Shown here one piece after another: positions 11,916 to 22,332 of a DNA stretch of 64,000 bases. Numbering within the stretch: position 1 is the stretch's first letter; every line of letters begins with the position of its first letter. The translations under genes were made by a program, and so were the position numbers. The DNA lies in the NCBI GenBank assembly GCA_963667725.2, contig CAXXHO010000005.1, positions 160,001-224,000 of the forward strand, in the 5' to 3' direction. The DNA comes from Treponemataceae bacterium (GTDB lineage Bacteria > Spirochaetota > Spirochaetia > Treponematales > Rectinemataceae). The notes under the pieces were generated by a model that saw only the letters and a program-made list of their open reading frames with translations, did not search any database and was not told the DNA's origin.

Positions 11916-12344
11916 TCAGGCGGGATCGAGGAGATTCCGCCCGGTGAAGGCATGGGGCAGCAACTCGGAAATGGAATGAAGGGAACGTGCATGACGGTTG
12001 GCCAGGAGGATGGGCATATCCTCGGCGAATTCGGCGATGACCTGGCGACAGAGCCCGCAGGGGGGTGTGAGCGTCTCAGCCTCGGTGACCACCACCAGGG
12101 CCAGCATGTCGCCGGGGCGCATGCCCTGGGCCGCAGCGGCGCAGATGGCGTTGCGCTCGGCGCAGATGGTTCCACCGTAGCTGGCATTCTCGACATTGCA
12201 GCCGGTGTGGAGGGTGCCATCTCGATCCAGGAGTGCCGCACCGACATGGAAGTGGCTATAGGGCGCATAGGCGCAATCCCGGGCCCGCCAGGCGGCCTCG
12301 AGAAGGGGGTTCCACTGGGGATCCTGGGGGGTCGTGAAGGTCAT
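11916..12344 (-). CDS. cdd: Cytidine deaminase
   Basis: AYAPYS, GCNVENASY, CAER and PCGLCRQ zinc motifs. Confidence 0.95.
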   Translation of the reverse strand: MTFTTPQDPQWNPLLEAAWRARDCAYAPYSHFHVGAALLDRDGTLHTGCNVENASYGGTICAERNAICAAAAQGMRPGDMLALVVVTEAETLTPPCGLCRQVIAEFAEDMPILLANRHARSLHSISELLPHAFTGRNLLDPA

Positions 12345-12365
12345 TCTGCTCCCGGATTTCTGGAT

Positions 12366-13334
12366 CTAGGTTAATCGCGGGGCCGGACTCGCGCTAGCAG
12401 AGTCAGTCTCGGGGCCGGAAAAAGCCGGGGGAGTGTCTTCGGCTTGGGCCAGAGCCAGGGCACGCCAGCAGGGGACGAAGCCCTGGGTTTCCCGGCGGCC
12501 TCGGCGGGACAGGATTTCCAGAAAGACCTCCCGTTTCTGGAGCCGGGCCTGGAGGATGGCCCCGGAGAGACGTTCCAGTTCCCGCTCGAAGGCACGGCCG
12601 GGGCCCCAGGCGCGGAGATCCAGCCGAAGGTGGAGGCCCGCCAATTCCTCATCCTCGAAGGTGCGGACCCAGGGGGCACCTCGCTGGGCGGTGCGCTTCC
12701 AGTGAACCCGCCCCAGCGGATCACCCTCTCGAAAGGGTCGGGCTCCTTCTGGGGCCGAGGCTCCCGGTTTGGGAATGGGCCGCACCGCTTCGCCCCGGAG
12801 ACCGCTGGGCTGGGTGGTCGCCCGGGGGTGGGGCAGCACGAGGATCTCCTGGGTGAGGGGAAAGCGGAGGGCCTTTTCCAGGAATCCGAAGGGGAAGGCG
12901 GTGCGCAGCTCCAGGCTCACGAGCCTGCAGGTGCCTCGGCGCTCGGGGCGGGCGTGGAGAACCACCAGGGCATCCCCTCGACCTTCGCCACCGGCGTAGA
13001 AACCGGGCTCGATGCGGCCTTCTTCCATTTCCAGGCGCACTTCCAGGGCTCGGATCCGGCGGGGCGCGCCATCCTTGAGGCGGAGGCGAATTCCGCCCCG
13101 CACCCGCGCAAAGATATTGCCTTCCTCAATGCGGTCGATGCCGATGTGCTGAAGGGTGCGGCGGCTCACCCAGCCGGAGACGAGGAAGAGCGCGACCATC
13201 AGCGAAAACACCAGGTAGAGCAGGTTGTTGCCGGTATTCACGGAAAACACACCCACCAGCAGCATGGCGGCCAGGTATTCCAGGCCGAGGCGGGTGATGG
13301 AGAGCTGAAGGCGGCGGTCGTTCCAGAGTTTCAT
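12366..13334 (-). CDS. DUF58 domain membrane protein
   Basis: C-terminal part of the 1241-aa track ORF; NTGNNLLYLV TM motif, FPFGF, RPFREGDPLGRVHWKRTA. Confidence 0.85.
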   Translation of the reverse strand: MKLWNDRRLQLSITRLGLEYLAAMLLVGVFSVNTGNNLLYLVFSLMVALFLVSGWVSRRTLQHIGIDRIEEGNIFARVRGGIRLRLKDGAPRRIRALEVRLEMEEGRIEPGFYAGGEGRGDALVVLHARPERRGTCRLVSLELRTAFPFGFLEKALRFPLTQEILVLPHPRATTQPSGLRGEAVRPIPKPGASAPEGARPFREGDPLGRVHWKRTAQRGAPWVRTFEDEELAGLHLRLDLRAWGPGRAFERELERLSGAILQARLQKREVFLEILSRRGRRETQGFVPCWRALALAQAEDTPPAFSGPETDSASASPAPRLT

Positions 13335-13385
13335 GGTGAGAAATCGTAATGCCACGATAGCCTTGAAAACACACCCGGACGGCCC

Positions 13386-14960
13386 ATGTTCAAGAATCTT
13401 TTCCGTACCAAGTCTCTCGAGCAGCTGAAGGCCAAGGCCGAGGATCCCGAGCACCAACTCAAGAAGAACCTGGGCACCTTCGATCTGACCATGTTCGGCA
13501 TCGGCGCCATCATCGGCGCCGGCATCTTCAGCGCCATCGGCACTGCCGCCGCAGGAGGGCTCGATGGTCGCCCGGCGGCGGGTCCGGCCCTGGTCATCAG
13601 TATCCTCATCGTGGCGGTGGCCTGTGGTTTCACGGCCCTGGCCTATGCGGAGATGGCCTCGATGATTCCCGTGTCGGGGTCCGCCTACACCTACGCCTAC
13701 GCCACCCTGGGCGAGCTCATGGCCTGGATCATCGGCTGGGATCTGCTGCTGGAGTACGCCGTGAGCAACGTGGCGGTGGCTATCTCCTGGGGCGACTACA
13801 CCAAGAGTTTTCTCGCGAATGTGTTGAACGTGCATGTGCCAGGCTGGCTCTCTATGGATCCCCGCACAGCCCTGATGCTGCCGGACGGGGCCGCAGCCAT
13901 GACCCTTTCCGAAAAACTCCATGCCTTGGCCCAGGCCAAGGCGGGGCTGCTGGATGGCGCTGCCACCTTCGCCAACTGGGCCACCCTCAAGGATGCGCCG
14001 ATGGTCTTCGGCTTTCCGATCGCCATCAATATGCTGGCGGTGGTGATCACCGTGGCGATCACGTGGCTCGTGTACCTCGGCATCAAGGAGAGTGCTCGGG
14101 CCAACGCCATCATGGTGGTGGTGAAGGTGGCCATCCTGCTGGCGGTGGTGGGTATTGGCATTAAGTTCATCGACACCCAGAACTGGGTGCCCTTCGCGCC
14201 CAAGGGGCTCATGGGGATCCAGGCGGGCGCCGCCATCATCTTCTTCGCCTTCATCGGCTTCGACGCCGTGAGCACCACGGCGGAGGAGTGCAAAGATCCG
14301 GGCCGCAACCTGCCCCGGGGCATCCTGTTCTCTTTGGGCATCTGCACCCTGATCTATGCCGCCGTGGCCCTGGTGGTGACGGGAATGTTGAAGTACACCG
14401 AGCTGGGCAAGCAGGCGGATCCCCTGGCCTACATCTTCACCCAGCACGGCCTCAACGGCTGGGCGGGCGTCATCTCCTTCGGCGCCATCATCGCCACCAC
14501 CGCGGCGCTGCTCGTGTACCAGGTGGGCCAGCCCCGCATCTTCATGTCCATGAGCCGCGATGGTCTGCTGGGCCCCTGGTTCGGCAAAGTCAGCAAGAAA
14601 CACGGCACCCCCGGCAACGCCACCTTCCTCACGGGATGCATCGTGGCGGTGCCTGCGGCGCTGCTGAACATTTCCGAGGTGGTGGAACTCTGCAATATCG
14701 GGACGCTCTTCGCGTTCGCCCTCGTCTGCGCCGGGGTGATGATTCTGCGCTTCCGCAGGCCCGAAGTGACACGCAGATTTCGTATGCCATGGGTATGGGT
14801 GACGGCCCCTCTGGGCATTATTTTCTGCATCTGGCTCGCCAAGGGTCTGCCCGGTGTCACCTGGATCCGCTTCTTCATCTGGCTGGGGCTCGGCATGTTG
14901 GTGTACCTGGTCTATGGCATCCGCAACAGCGCCCTGCACGAATCCGGGAAAAACACGTAG
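13386..14960 (+). CDS. Amino acid permease (APC family)
   Basis: GIGAIIGAGIF, GSAYTYAY, FFAFIGFDAVST; many TM helices. Confidence 0.93.
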   Translation: MFKNLFRTKSLEQLKAKAEDPEHQLKKNLGTFDLTMFGIGAIIGAGIFSAIGTAAAGGLDGRPAAGPALVISILIVAVACGFTALAYAEMASMIPVSGSAYTYAYATLGELMAWIIGWDLLLEYAVSNVAVAISWGDYTKSFLANVLNVHVPGWLSMDPRTALMLPDGAAAMTLSEKLHALAQAKAGLLDGAATFANWATLKDAPMVFGFPIAINMLAVVITVAITWLVYLGIKESARANAIMVVVKVAILLAVVGIGIKFIDTQNWVPFAPKGLMGIQAGAAIIFFAFIGFDAVSTTAEECKDPGRNLPRGILFSLGICTLIYAAVALVVTGMLKYTELGKQADPLAYIFTQHGLNGWAGVISFGAIIATTAALLVYQVGQPRIFMSMSRDGLLGPWFGKVSKKHGTPGNATFLTGCIVAVPAALLNISEVVELCNIGTLFAFALVCAGVMILRFRRPEVTRRFRMPWVWVTAPLGIIFCIWLAKGLPGVTWIRFFIWLGLGMLVYLVYGIRNSALHESGKNT

Positions 14961-14972
14961 GCTGGAGGTTCC

Positions 14973-15608
14973 ATGTTCACCGGCCTGATTCGACACTTCG
15001 GCACCCTCGACGCCCGCACGCCCCGCCCTGGGGGTGCGCGGTTGCGCATCGCGGCACCTGGGGAGCTTCTGGAACGGGCGGAGCTGGGGGCCAGCATCTG
15101 TGTGAACGGGGCCTGTCTCACGGCGGTGGCCCGGGACGGGAAGGCCTTCGAGGCGGAGCTCTCGGAGGAAACGCTCCAGAAGACTACTTTTGGGCGGTTG
15201 CCCATGGGTGCCCTGCTCCATCTGGAACCTTCGCTGCGGGTGGGCGATCCCCTGGATGGCCATCTGGTGTCGGGGCATGTGGATGGCGTGGGGCGGCTGC
15301 TGGAGCGGCCTCAGGGTGAGGGCCTCTGGCGTTTTGCCATGCCCGCCGAGCTGGCTCCCATGATCGCTCCCAAAGGCTCGGTGGCCGTGGATGGTATTTC
15401 CCTGACAGTGGTGGACTGTGGTTCGGATTGGTTCACCGTGGCCCTGATCCCCGAAACCGTGCGGCGGACGCGGCTGGAAACGGTGCGGCCCGGCGCGGAG
15501 TTCAATCTGGAGGCCGATCCCATTGGTCGCTACGTGGCCAGGGCCCTGGCCCTGAGGGGCGGGGAGGCCCGGTTGCATCGTTTCGCGCGAGAGGGTTGGT
15601 CGGGCTGA
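14973..15608 (+). CDS. ribE: Riboflavin synthase (alpha chain)
   Basis: MFTGLI N-terminus, GASICVNGACLT, GHLVSGHVDG, KGSVAVDGISLTV. Confidence 0.95.
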   Translation: MFTGLIRHFGTLDARTPRPGGARLRIAAPGELLERAELGASICVNGACLTAVARDGKAFEAELSEETLQKTTFGRLPMGALLHLEPSLRVGDPLDGHLVSGHVDGVGRLLERPQGEGLWRFAMPAELAPMIAPKGSVAVDGISLTVVDCGSDWFTVALIPETVRRTRLETVRPGAEFNLEADPIGRYVARALALRGGEARLHRFAREGWSG

Positions 15609-15623
15609 AGTAGACTCATCTCC

Positions 15624-16067
15624 ATGCTGAAACCCCAGCTTTCCGACCTTTTCGCCGCGGACCTCCCGGATCGCCTCCGGGCGCGCTTTGCGCGCTTCGG
15701 CGTGGTGGAGGGGTGGGGCCTCGAGATCCTGGAAATGGGGCCGGGCCGGGCCCTGCTGCGGATTCGCGCCAATGATCGCACCAGCAACCCCGGGGGCGAG
15801 ATCATCAATGGGGGCGTGCTGGCGGCCCTGGGGGACATGACCAGCGCTCTGGCGCTTTCCACGGCCTTCGACGGGGCCATGCCCTTCGTCACCTCGGACC
15901 TGAACATCCGCTACCTGGAGCCTGCCCGGGGCGATGTGGAGGCCGAGGCCACGGTGCTTCGACTCTCCACCCGCAGCGCCATCATCGCCTGCGAAATCCG
16001 CTGCGGAGAAGAAACCGCCGCGATCTGCACCAGCCACTTTGCCGTCAAGCGCAAGCCGGGGAACTGA
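15624..16067 (+). CDS. PaaI-family hotdog thioesterase
   Basis: NPGGEIINGGVLAALGD and TSDLNIRYLEPA. Confidence 0.85.
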   Translation: MLKPQLSDLFAADLPDRLRARFARFGVVEGWGLEILEMGPGRALLRIRANDRTSNPGGEIINGGVLAALGDMTSALALSTAFDGAMPFVTSDLNIRYLEPARGDVEAEATVLRLSTRSAIIACEIRCGEETAAICTSHFAVKRKPGN

Positions 16068-16069
16068 AC

Positions 16070-17134
16070 ATGCCGCTCCGCCGGAATTCACCGCCCCTCC
16101 AGCGTCTGCGGCACACTCTGATGCTGCTTACGCTGGTCGTCCTGGCGGGGGTTCTGGGCTACCGCTGGCTGGCCCATCTGAACTACCTCGACAGCTTCTA
16201 CATGGCCATCACCACTCTGTTCACCGTGGGATTCCGGGAACTGGGTGATGTCAGCGATGCCACCAAACTCTTCACCATCGCCTATCTCATCACGGGCCTG
16301 GGGGTGGCGACCTACGCCATTTCCAATCTCACGGCCCTCATTGTGGAGGGTGACCTCCAGGGCTACCTACGGGAGCGCCGCATGGAAAAACGTCTTTCCA
16401 ACCTGAGTAACCATGTCATCGTCTGCGGCTTTGGAAAGATGGGCTTCCAGGCCGCCTGGGAATTGAAGCAGGCGGGCGTTCCCTTCCTGATCATCGAGAA
16501 GGAACAGGGCAAGGGCTCCAAGAATCCTCGCTTCGAGGGTGAGCTGTTTCTCTACGGCAACGCCATGGATGAGTTGATCCTCGAGCGGGCCGGAATCACC
16601 CGGGCCCGAGGCCTCATCACCACCCTCACCACGGACGCGGATAACGTGCTGGTGACGCTCACCGCCAAGCAACTGGCGCCGGATGTGCCCATCGTGGCGC
16701 GGTCCGCCCAGCTCGGCACGGAGAACAAGCTGAAGGCCGCCGGTGCGAATCACATTGTGAGCCCCTACGAAATCGGGGGGCGGCGCATGGCGGCGCTGCT
16801 GCTGGAACCGGACCTGATGAATTACGTGGACGTGGTGCTCGACCACAAGCAGATGGAGATGGCCATCGAGCATGTCCTCGTGAGTCCGGGCTCTCAGCTG
16901 GTGGGCCTCTCCATGCGCGAGGCGCGCCTCCGAGATACTACCGGCGCCCTGATCGTGGGCATCCACCGCACGGAGCAGGGCCTGCTTTTCAATCCTCGGG
17001 GCAACGAAACCTTTCGGGCCGGGGACGTGCTGTTGGCCATGGGCAGCCACGACACGCTGAACGCCTTGGTGGGTGTGGCCCGGGGGGAATCGCGGTTGGC
17101 GGTGGAAACTACCGGATCGGCAGGGCAAAGCTGA
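16070..17134 (+). CDS. Two-TM potassium channel with TrkA-N/TrkA-C (RCK) domains
   Basis: Pore helix plus TVGFRE filter, Rossmann [12 protein letters not shown]-terminal TrkA-C. Confidence 0.88.
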   Translation: MPLRRNSPPLQRLRHTLMLLTLVVLAGVLGYRWLAHLNYLDSFYMAITTLFTVGFRELGDVSDATKLFTIAYLITGLGVATYAISNLTALIVEGDLQGYLRERRMEKRLSNLSNHVIVCGFGKMGFQAAWELKQAGVPFLIIEKEQGKGSKNPRFEGELFLYGNAMDELILERAGITRARGLITTLTTDADNVLVTLTAKQLAPDVPIVARSAQLGTENKLKAAGANHIVSPYEIGGRRMAALLLEPDLMNYVDVVLDHKQMEMAIEHVLVSPGSQLVGLSMREARLRDTTGALIVGIHRTEQGLLFNPRGNETFRAGDVLLAMGSHDTLNALVGVARGESRLAVETTGSAGQS

Positions 17135-18467
17135 AGGTCGAGCCGATCCCTTTCTCGCTCTCCACCCAGATGCGCCCGCCGTGGGCCTCCACGATGCGCT
17201 TGGCGATGGCGAGGCCGAGACCGGTGCTGGTCTCGCCCGCGGTGGGCTTCACGCTGAGGCGCCCGAATTCGGTGAAGGCCTTACCGATTTCATGCTTGGG
17301 GATGCCCTGGCCCTGGTCCCTTACATAGATCTGGATCTCGTTTGCACCGAGCCTGGCGCCCAGGGTGATGCGGGTCTGGGGCTGGCTGAACTTGATGGCG
17401 TTGGTGACCAGGTTGGTCAGCACTTGGTGGATGCGCTGCGCGTCCATGGTGAGGAACAGAGGTTCCGAGGGCAGTTCCAGGCAAACCTCCTGCTCTTTGC
17501 GCTGGGCAAGTAGGCTGCTCTCGGCGTGGACTTCCTCCAGAAAAGCGGCCAGGGGTTCGGGTTCGAGCCGCAGTTCCAGGCTCCCGGCCTCGATGGCGCT
17601 CACATCCAGCAGGTCATTGACCAGGGTCACCATGGTCTTGGAGGCCTCCTGGAGGGTGCGCAGCACGCGGATCTGGTTTTCCGGCAGCGGTCCCAGGACA
17701 CCCCCCACCAGCATGTCCAGGTAGCCCTGCATCACGGTGATGGGGTGGCGCAGATCGTGGGCTGCCATGCCCAGGAAGCGGTTCTTGACCTGATTGAGCT
17801 CCTGGAGCTGCTGGTAGAGCTTGCTCTTCTCCAGGATCATGGCGAGCTGCCCAGCGATCTGCATGAAGAGGTCCACGTGGAGATGAGCGTAGGTGTGTTT
17901 CTCCATGCTGGAAAAGAACATGAAGCCCACAGGCTTGCCTGCGGCCACCAGGGGGCAGGTGAGGCTGGAGCGCATGCCCTCCTCCAGGATGAGGCGCGTG
18001 GCCTCGGAGGTGGGATGGCTCGCCAAGTGGGTCTCCAGATCGTTGAGGATGCGCGGCTGGCCATTCAGCAGGATGCCCTGGAGGCTGCTGCCTTCCATTC
18101 GAGCGGTGTAGCCTCGGGGGACGCTCAGCGCAGGTGCTTCCGAGTGGGCCCAGCGGGCGCGGAGCAGTCGTCCGTCATCTTCCAGCAGGGCAAAACCAAT
18201 GCGGTCGTAGGGGATGATGGGGCGAAACGAGGCGTAGACCTTCTCGAGCACTTCATCCAGCAGTAGGCCCGCATTGGCCTGTTCGGTGACCTTGGCGAGG
18301 GAGGAAATTTCCTCGAATTTCCGCTCCAGGGTGCGTCCTAGCTCCGCCAGCGCCAGCCCGAGCTGGCCCACATCGTCATTGCCGTCGCCGGGGATGGTCA
18401 CCACGAAGCGCCCCTGGGCCATGGCTCGGGCAGCCTCGCGGTAATGGATGATCCGATCGTCCCCCAT
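17109..18467 (-). CDS. Soluble HAMP-GAF sensor histidine kinase
   Basis: HAMP-like N-terminus, GAF, AHDLRHP H-box, [31 protein letters not shown] before ATG at 18467. Confidence 0.88.
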   Translation of the reverse strand: MGDDRIIHYREAARAMAQGRFVVTIPGDGNDDVGQLGLALAELGRTLERKFEEISSLAKVTEQANAGLLLDEVLEKVYASFRPIIPYDRIGFALLEDDGRLLRARWAHSEAPALSVPRGYTARMEGSSLQGILLNGQPRILNDLETHLASHPTSEATRLILEEGMRSSLTCPLVAAGKPVGFMFFSSMEKHTYAHLHVDLFMQIAGQLAMILEKSKLYQQLQELNQVKNRFLGMAAHDLRHPITVMQGYLDMLVGGVLGPLPENQIRVLRTLQEASKTMVTLVNDLLDVSAIEAGSLELRLEPEPLAAFLEEVHAESSLLAQRKEQEVCLELPSEPLFLTMDAQRIHQVLTNLVTNAIKFSQPQTRITLGARLGANEIQIYVRDQGQGIPKHEIGKAFTEFGRLSVKPTAGETSTGLGLAIAKRIVEAHGGRIWVESEKGIGSTFSFALPIR

Positions 18468-18685
18468 GGTCGCCCTCCCACGCCCATGAATCGAGGCTTG
18501 GTCAGTCTCTCTATCGGCGGGGGCTGCGCGGGCTGAAGTTCGGGCAAGCTGTGGTCGTGCGAATCTCGGGAAATAAAGGGCTCTCTCGGATTTCTTCGTG
18601 TGACTTCGTGCCCTGAGCCTTTTAGGCGGGGTTGACGGGGCGATGGGCCAGTGCTGCGGGCCTTTCCGCAAATCAACGAAGAACC

Positions 18686-18713
18686 AAATAGAAGGGGCCC
18701 CGTGAGGGGCCCC
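18686..18713 (-). terminator. Intrinsic terminator after the SOD gene
   Basis: GGGGCCCC-gtga-GGGGCCCC hairpin followed on the minus strand by TTCTATTT. Confidence 0.6.
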
Positions 18714-18734
18714 ATCCACGGGCACAGGGATGAA

Positions 18735-19319
18735 CTACTTGGCGGCAGCGAGGCGCTTGCTGGCTTCGCTCCACTTGATGTTGTCGACGAAGGCAGCGAG
18801 GTAGTCGGGACGCTTGATGCCGTAGTCGACCATGAATGCGTGCTCCCAGCTATCCAGCACCAGCAGCAAATCCTGGTCGATGGGTACGCCCAGGTGGTGC
18901 TCGGCGAAGAAGTAGGTGTGCAGCTTGTTGTCGCGGCGGTTGCGGGTGAGGATGGCCCAGCCGGGGCCGCCCATGGCCGCAGCCTTGAGGTCGGCCACAA
19001 CCTTGTCCTTGCCGCCCGCGGCCTCCAGGGCCTTGGCCAGCTCGGGGCTGATGTCACTGTCGGCGCCCAGATTCTCGAAATAGAGTTCATGCAGGAAGGA
19101 GCCATTGAAGGCCACGGCCTCCCGGCGCTTCAGTTCGCTGTACTCGTTGAAGGAGTAATTGGGCTTGGAGTTATCGATCTCGGCCAATTTCGCCTCGATC
19201 TCATTGAGCTTGGCGATGTAGCCCTTGTAGAGGGTGAAGTGCTGGTCGAGCTGGTTGTCGGAAAGACCCTTGAGCTTGCCGCCCTTCAGGTGGTCATAGT
19301 TCTTCGCGTCGTACGCCAT
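18735..19319 (-). CDS. Fe/Mn superoxide dismutase
   Basis: Metal ligands QHFTLY, LHELYF, LDSWEHA. Confidence 0.9.
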   Translation of the reverse strand: MAYDAKNYDHLKGGKLKGLSDNQLDQHFTLYKGYIAKLNEIEAKLAEIDNSKPNYSFNEYSELKRREAVAFNGSFLHELYFENLGADSDISPELAKALEAAGGKDKVVADLKAAAMGGPGWAILTRNRRDNKLHTYFFAEHHLGVPIDQDLLLVLDSWEHAFMVDYGIKRPDYLAAFVDNIKWSEASKRLAAAK

Positions 19320-19426
19320 GGAATCTCCTCGAATGTGCCGGTGGGCGGAAAAGAGTCTACCCATCCGGTCCATTCATGGGATGCCTGGACTCGGGGATTC
19401 GTTCGGGGGTCGGACCTTCTTTCAAG

Positions 19427-19459
19427 AACAAGAAGCCCCGCGCTGCGGGGCTTCTTGTT
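19427..19459 (-). terminator. Intrinsic terminator after the prolyl oligopeptidase gene
   Basis: Perfect 15-bp stem AACAAGAAGCCCCGC-gct-GCGGGGCTTCTTGTT. Confidence 0.8.
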
Positions 19460-19467
19460 GACGGAGG

Positions 19468-21579
19468 CTACTTCAGCTTCTGCCAGAGGAACGTGTAGTC
19501 CAGGGCGGTCATGTGGGCGCGCTGGCTGTTGTTGGCGGCGCCCCCGTGGCCGCCTTCGATGTTCTCGTAGTAGCGGACATCGGCACCCATCTCCTTCATC
19601 CGGGCCATCATCTTGCGGGCGTGGCCGGGATGCACCCGATCATCCCGGGTGCTGGTGGTGAAGAGCACCGGCGGATAGGTCACGCCTGCCTTCAGGTTGT
19701 GGTAGGGGCTGAAGTGCTGGATGTAGGACCATTCCTCAGGCTTAGAGGGATCGCCGTACTCGCCCATCCAGGAGGCGCCGGCCAGGAGCTGGCTGTAGCG
19801 CTTCATGTCCAGGAGGGGCACCTGGCAGACGATGGCGCCAAAGTGCTTGGGGTAGAGGGTGATCATGTTGCCCATCAGCAGGCCGCCATTGCTGCCGCCC
19901 TGGGCACCCAGGTGCTTGGGGGATGTGATCTTGCGGGCGAAGAGATCCTCGGCCACGGCGGCGAAATCCTCGTAGCAGCGCATGCGGTTCTGCTTGAGGG
20001 CCGCCTGGTGCCACTGGGGGCCGTACTCACCGCCGCCGCGAATGTTGGCCAGGATGTAGACGCCGCCCTGGGTGGTCCAGGCCAGCCCGCTCACGGGGTT
20101 GTAGCCCGGCGTGAGGGACACCTCGAAACCACCGTAGCCGTAGAGCAGGGTGGGATTGGTGCCGTCCAGCTTCAGGCCCTTGGGGGCGATCTGGAAGTAG
20201 GGGACTCGCGTGCCGTCCTTGGACTTCACGAAATGCTGGCTGACCTCGACCTTGCTGGCGTCGAAGAAGGCCGGGGCCTTTTTGAGGGTCTCAAATTTGG
20301 CACCGCCAACCACGCCGTACTGGAGGCTGGTGGGGGTGGTGAAACCGCTGACGGTGAAGAAGACCTCGTCGGAGTGCTCGGGGTCCACGGCACCCACGGA
20401 GAGGGTGGCGAAGGCGGGCGCGCCGGGGAAGGCCCGCTGGGTCCAGCCCTTGGGGCCAGGAGTGTGGATGGTCACCTGGTTGATCACATCCTGGAGCACA
20501 TTGAGGATCAGGTGGTTCCGCGTCCAGCTGTAGCCTGCCAACGAGCGGGTGGCCGTGGGCTCGAAGAGCACGGTGAAGTCCCGCTTGCCCGCCATGAAAT
20601 CCTCGAAGCGGGTCACCAGCAGGCAGCCGGCGCCGTAGGTCTTGCCGCCCACGGTCCAGGGGCTGCGCAGGCTCACGGTCATCCATTCCCGGTAGGGGCT
20701 GGCGTTGGCATCCTCGGGCACGTCGATCTTCTGGAGCTTGCCATCGGGCTTCTTCAGGAACAACTCGGAGGTGTACATCGTGATGCCACGCCCCACGTAG
20801 TCGCGCTCGAAGCCCTTGGTGTCGTCATGGAAGGCGTTCACGCTGATGTCGGTCTGCTTGGCTTCGTACAGCGGCGTGGCCTGGGCCAGCGGGGTGCCGC
20901 GCTTCCATACCTTGGCGATGCGGGGATAGCCAGAGTCCGTCATGGAGCCGGGGCCAAAGTTGGTGGTGACATAGACCGTGTCCTTGTCTACCCAGCTCAG
21001 GCCGCCCTTGGCCTCGGGCAGTTCGAAGCCGCCCTTCACAAAGCTGCGGGTCTTGAGGTCGAACTCCCGCACCACCGTGGCGTCGGCGCCACCCCGGGAC
21101 AGGGTGATGAGGACGTGGCGATGGCCACCTTCCTTGAGCACATCGGCTCCGCCCCAGACCCAGTTCTCCTTCTCGGCCTTGCCGAGGGCATCCAGATCGA
21201 GGATGACGTCCCAGGCTGGCTCCGCCTTGCGGTATTCCGCCAGGGTCGTGCGGCGCCACAGGCCCCGGGGGTGCTTGGCATCCCGCCAGAAGTTGTAGAA
21301 GTGATTGCCGATCTTGCCCACAAAGGGAATACGGGCGTCAGAATCCAGCACCTTCAACACTTCGCCCTTCAGGCGCTCGAAACGGGCATCGCCGCCCAGT
21401 TCCTTCATGGTCTCGCCGTTCCGGGCCTTCACCCAGTCCAGGGCCTTTTCGCCGGTGACATCCTCCAGCCAGAGGTAGGGATCCTCGTGGGTCGCGATCA
21501 GAGCGGCTTTGGGTTCTTGGGCGGCCATGCTCCAGCCTAGCGTGAGGCCGAGCGCAAGCAGGATCCAGGGGCGTCGCAT
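19468..21579 (-). CDS. Secreted prolyl oligopeptidase (S9A)
   Basis: Signal peptide, DPYLWLE, GGSNGGLL nucleophile, DDRVHP, GGHG. Confidence 0.95.
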   Translation of the reverse strand: MRRPWILLALGLTLGWSMAAQEPKAALIATHEDPYLWLEDVTGEKALDWVKARNGETMKELGGDARFERLKGEVLKVLDSDARIPFVGKIGNHFYNFWRDAKHPRGLWRRTTLAEYRKAEPAWDVILDLDALGKAEKENWVWGGADVLKEGGHRHVLITLSRGGADATVVREFDLKTRSFVKGGFELPEAKGGLSWVDKDTVYVTTNFGPGSMTDSGYPRIAKVWKRGTPLAQATPLYEAKQTDISVNAFHDDTKGFERDYVGRGITMYTSELFLKKPDGKLQKIDVPEDANASPYREWMTVSLRSPWTVGGKTYGAGCLLVTRFEDFMAGKRDFTVLFEPTATRSLAGYSWTRNHLILNVLQDVINQVTIHTPGPKGWTQRAFPGAPAFATLSVGAVDPEHSDEVFFTVSGFTTPTSLQYGVVGGAKFETLKKAPAFFDASKVEVSQHFVKSKDGTRVPYFQIAPKGLKLDGTNPTLLYGYGGFEVSLTPGYNPVSGLAWTTQGGVYILANIRGGGEYGPQWHQAALKQNRMRCYEDFAAVAEDLFARKITSPKHLGAQGGSNGGLLMGNMITLYPKHFGAIVCQVPLLDMKRYSQLLAGASWMGEYGDPSKPEEWSYIQHFSPYHNLKAGVTYPPVLFTTSTRDDRVHPGHARKMMARMKEMGADVRYYENIEGGHGGAANNSQRAHMTALDYTFLWQKLK

Positions 21580-21706
21580 GGGGATCTCCTTGAAAAAGAA
21601 CGAGGCCGAGGCAAGGACCGGCCTGCTTTCGCCTGCCAGCATAGCGCATGCCTCTACTCGCGAGGCAAGATCCGGTGAAATTACCTGGTTGGAGACGTGT
21701 CTCGAC

Positions 21707-22249
21707 TCACCGGAAGGCTTCGGGCGCCCTTTCCTTCCAGGCGCCACCCAGCAGCAGGGTGGTCACGGGCACCCCTGGGGTCTTGACCCCCCGGTGGCTC
21801 ATGCAGGTGTGTTCGGCCACGAATTTCACGCCCCAGGCCTGGGGGCGCAGGTGGATTTCCAGGGCTTCGAAGATCTGACGGGTCATGCGCTCCTGTACCT
21901 GCAGCCGGCTGGCAAAGGCTTGGATCACGCGCACGAGTTTGGAGAGCCCTACCGTGCCTCCGGCACCCGGCAGGTAGCCGATGCTGGCGAAGCCGGAGAA
22001 GGGGGCAAGATGGTGCTCGCAGGTGCTCACGAAGGGGACGCGCTCGAGGATGACGGGGCAGGGGGCCAGCTCCCCCGGCAGCGGCTGGAGCTCGGCGGCG
22101 ACGTCGATGGCGTAGCCATTCAGTCGTTCGGCCCAGTACTCCGCCACCCGGTGGGGCGTGTCCCGCAGTTCGGGGCACTCGGGATCTGCGCCAAAGCTGG
22201 CCAGCAGTTCGTGAATGGCCTTGGTGGCCCGTGCCTCGTCGATCCCCAT
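21707..22249 (-). CDS. folE: GTP cyclohydrolase I
   Basis: DTPHRVA, CEHH, GLSKL, RLQVQER, HTCMSHRG. Confidence 0.92.
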   Translation of the reverse strand: MGIDEARATKAIHELLASFGADPECPELRDTPHRVAEYWAERLNGYAIDVAAELQPLPGELAPCPVILERVPFVSTCEHHLAPFSGFASIGYLPGAGGTVGLSKLVRVIQAFASRLQVQERMTRQIFEALEIHLRPQAWGVKFVAEHTCMSHRGVKTPGVPVTTLLLGGAWKERAPEAFR

Positions 22250-22332
22250 GGATGCCCCCGTTCAAAGCTGATGCCTGGGACACCATACCGCAGGCCATGG
22301 GGAATCAGGCACGGAGGCGTCGGTCTCCCTCG

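Noticed and set aside
12366..16091. 1241-aa minus-strand ORF
   Set aside because: Only 12366-13334 (DUF58) looks real; the rest is the antisense shadow of the permease, riboflavin synthase and thioesterase genes in GC-rich DNA
18468..18685. Intergenic region with a GTCAACCCCGCC motif reminiscent of IS200/IS605-type ends
   Set aside because: No matching hairpin arm and no tnpA/tnpB/iscB nearby
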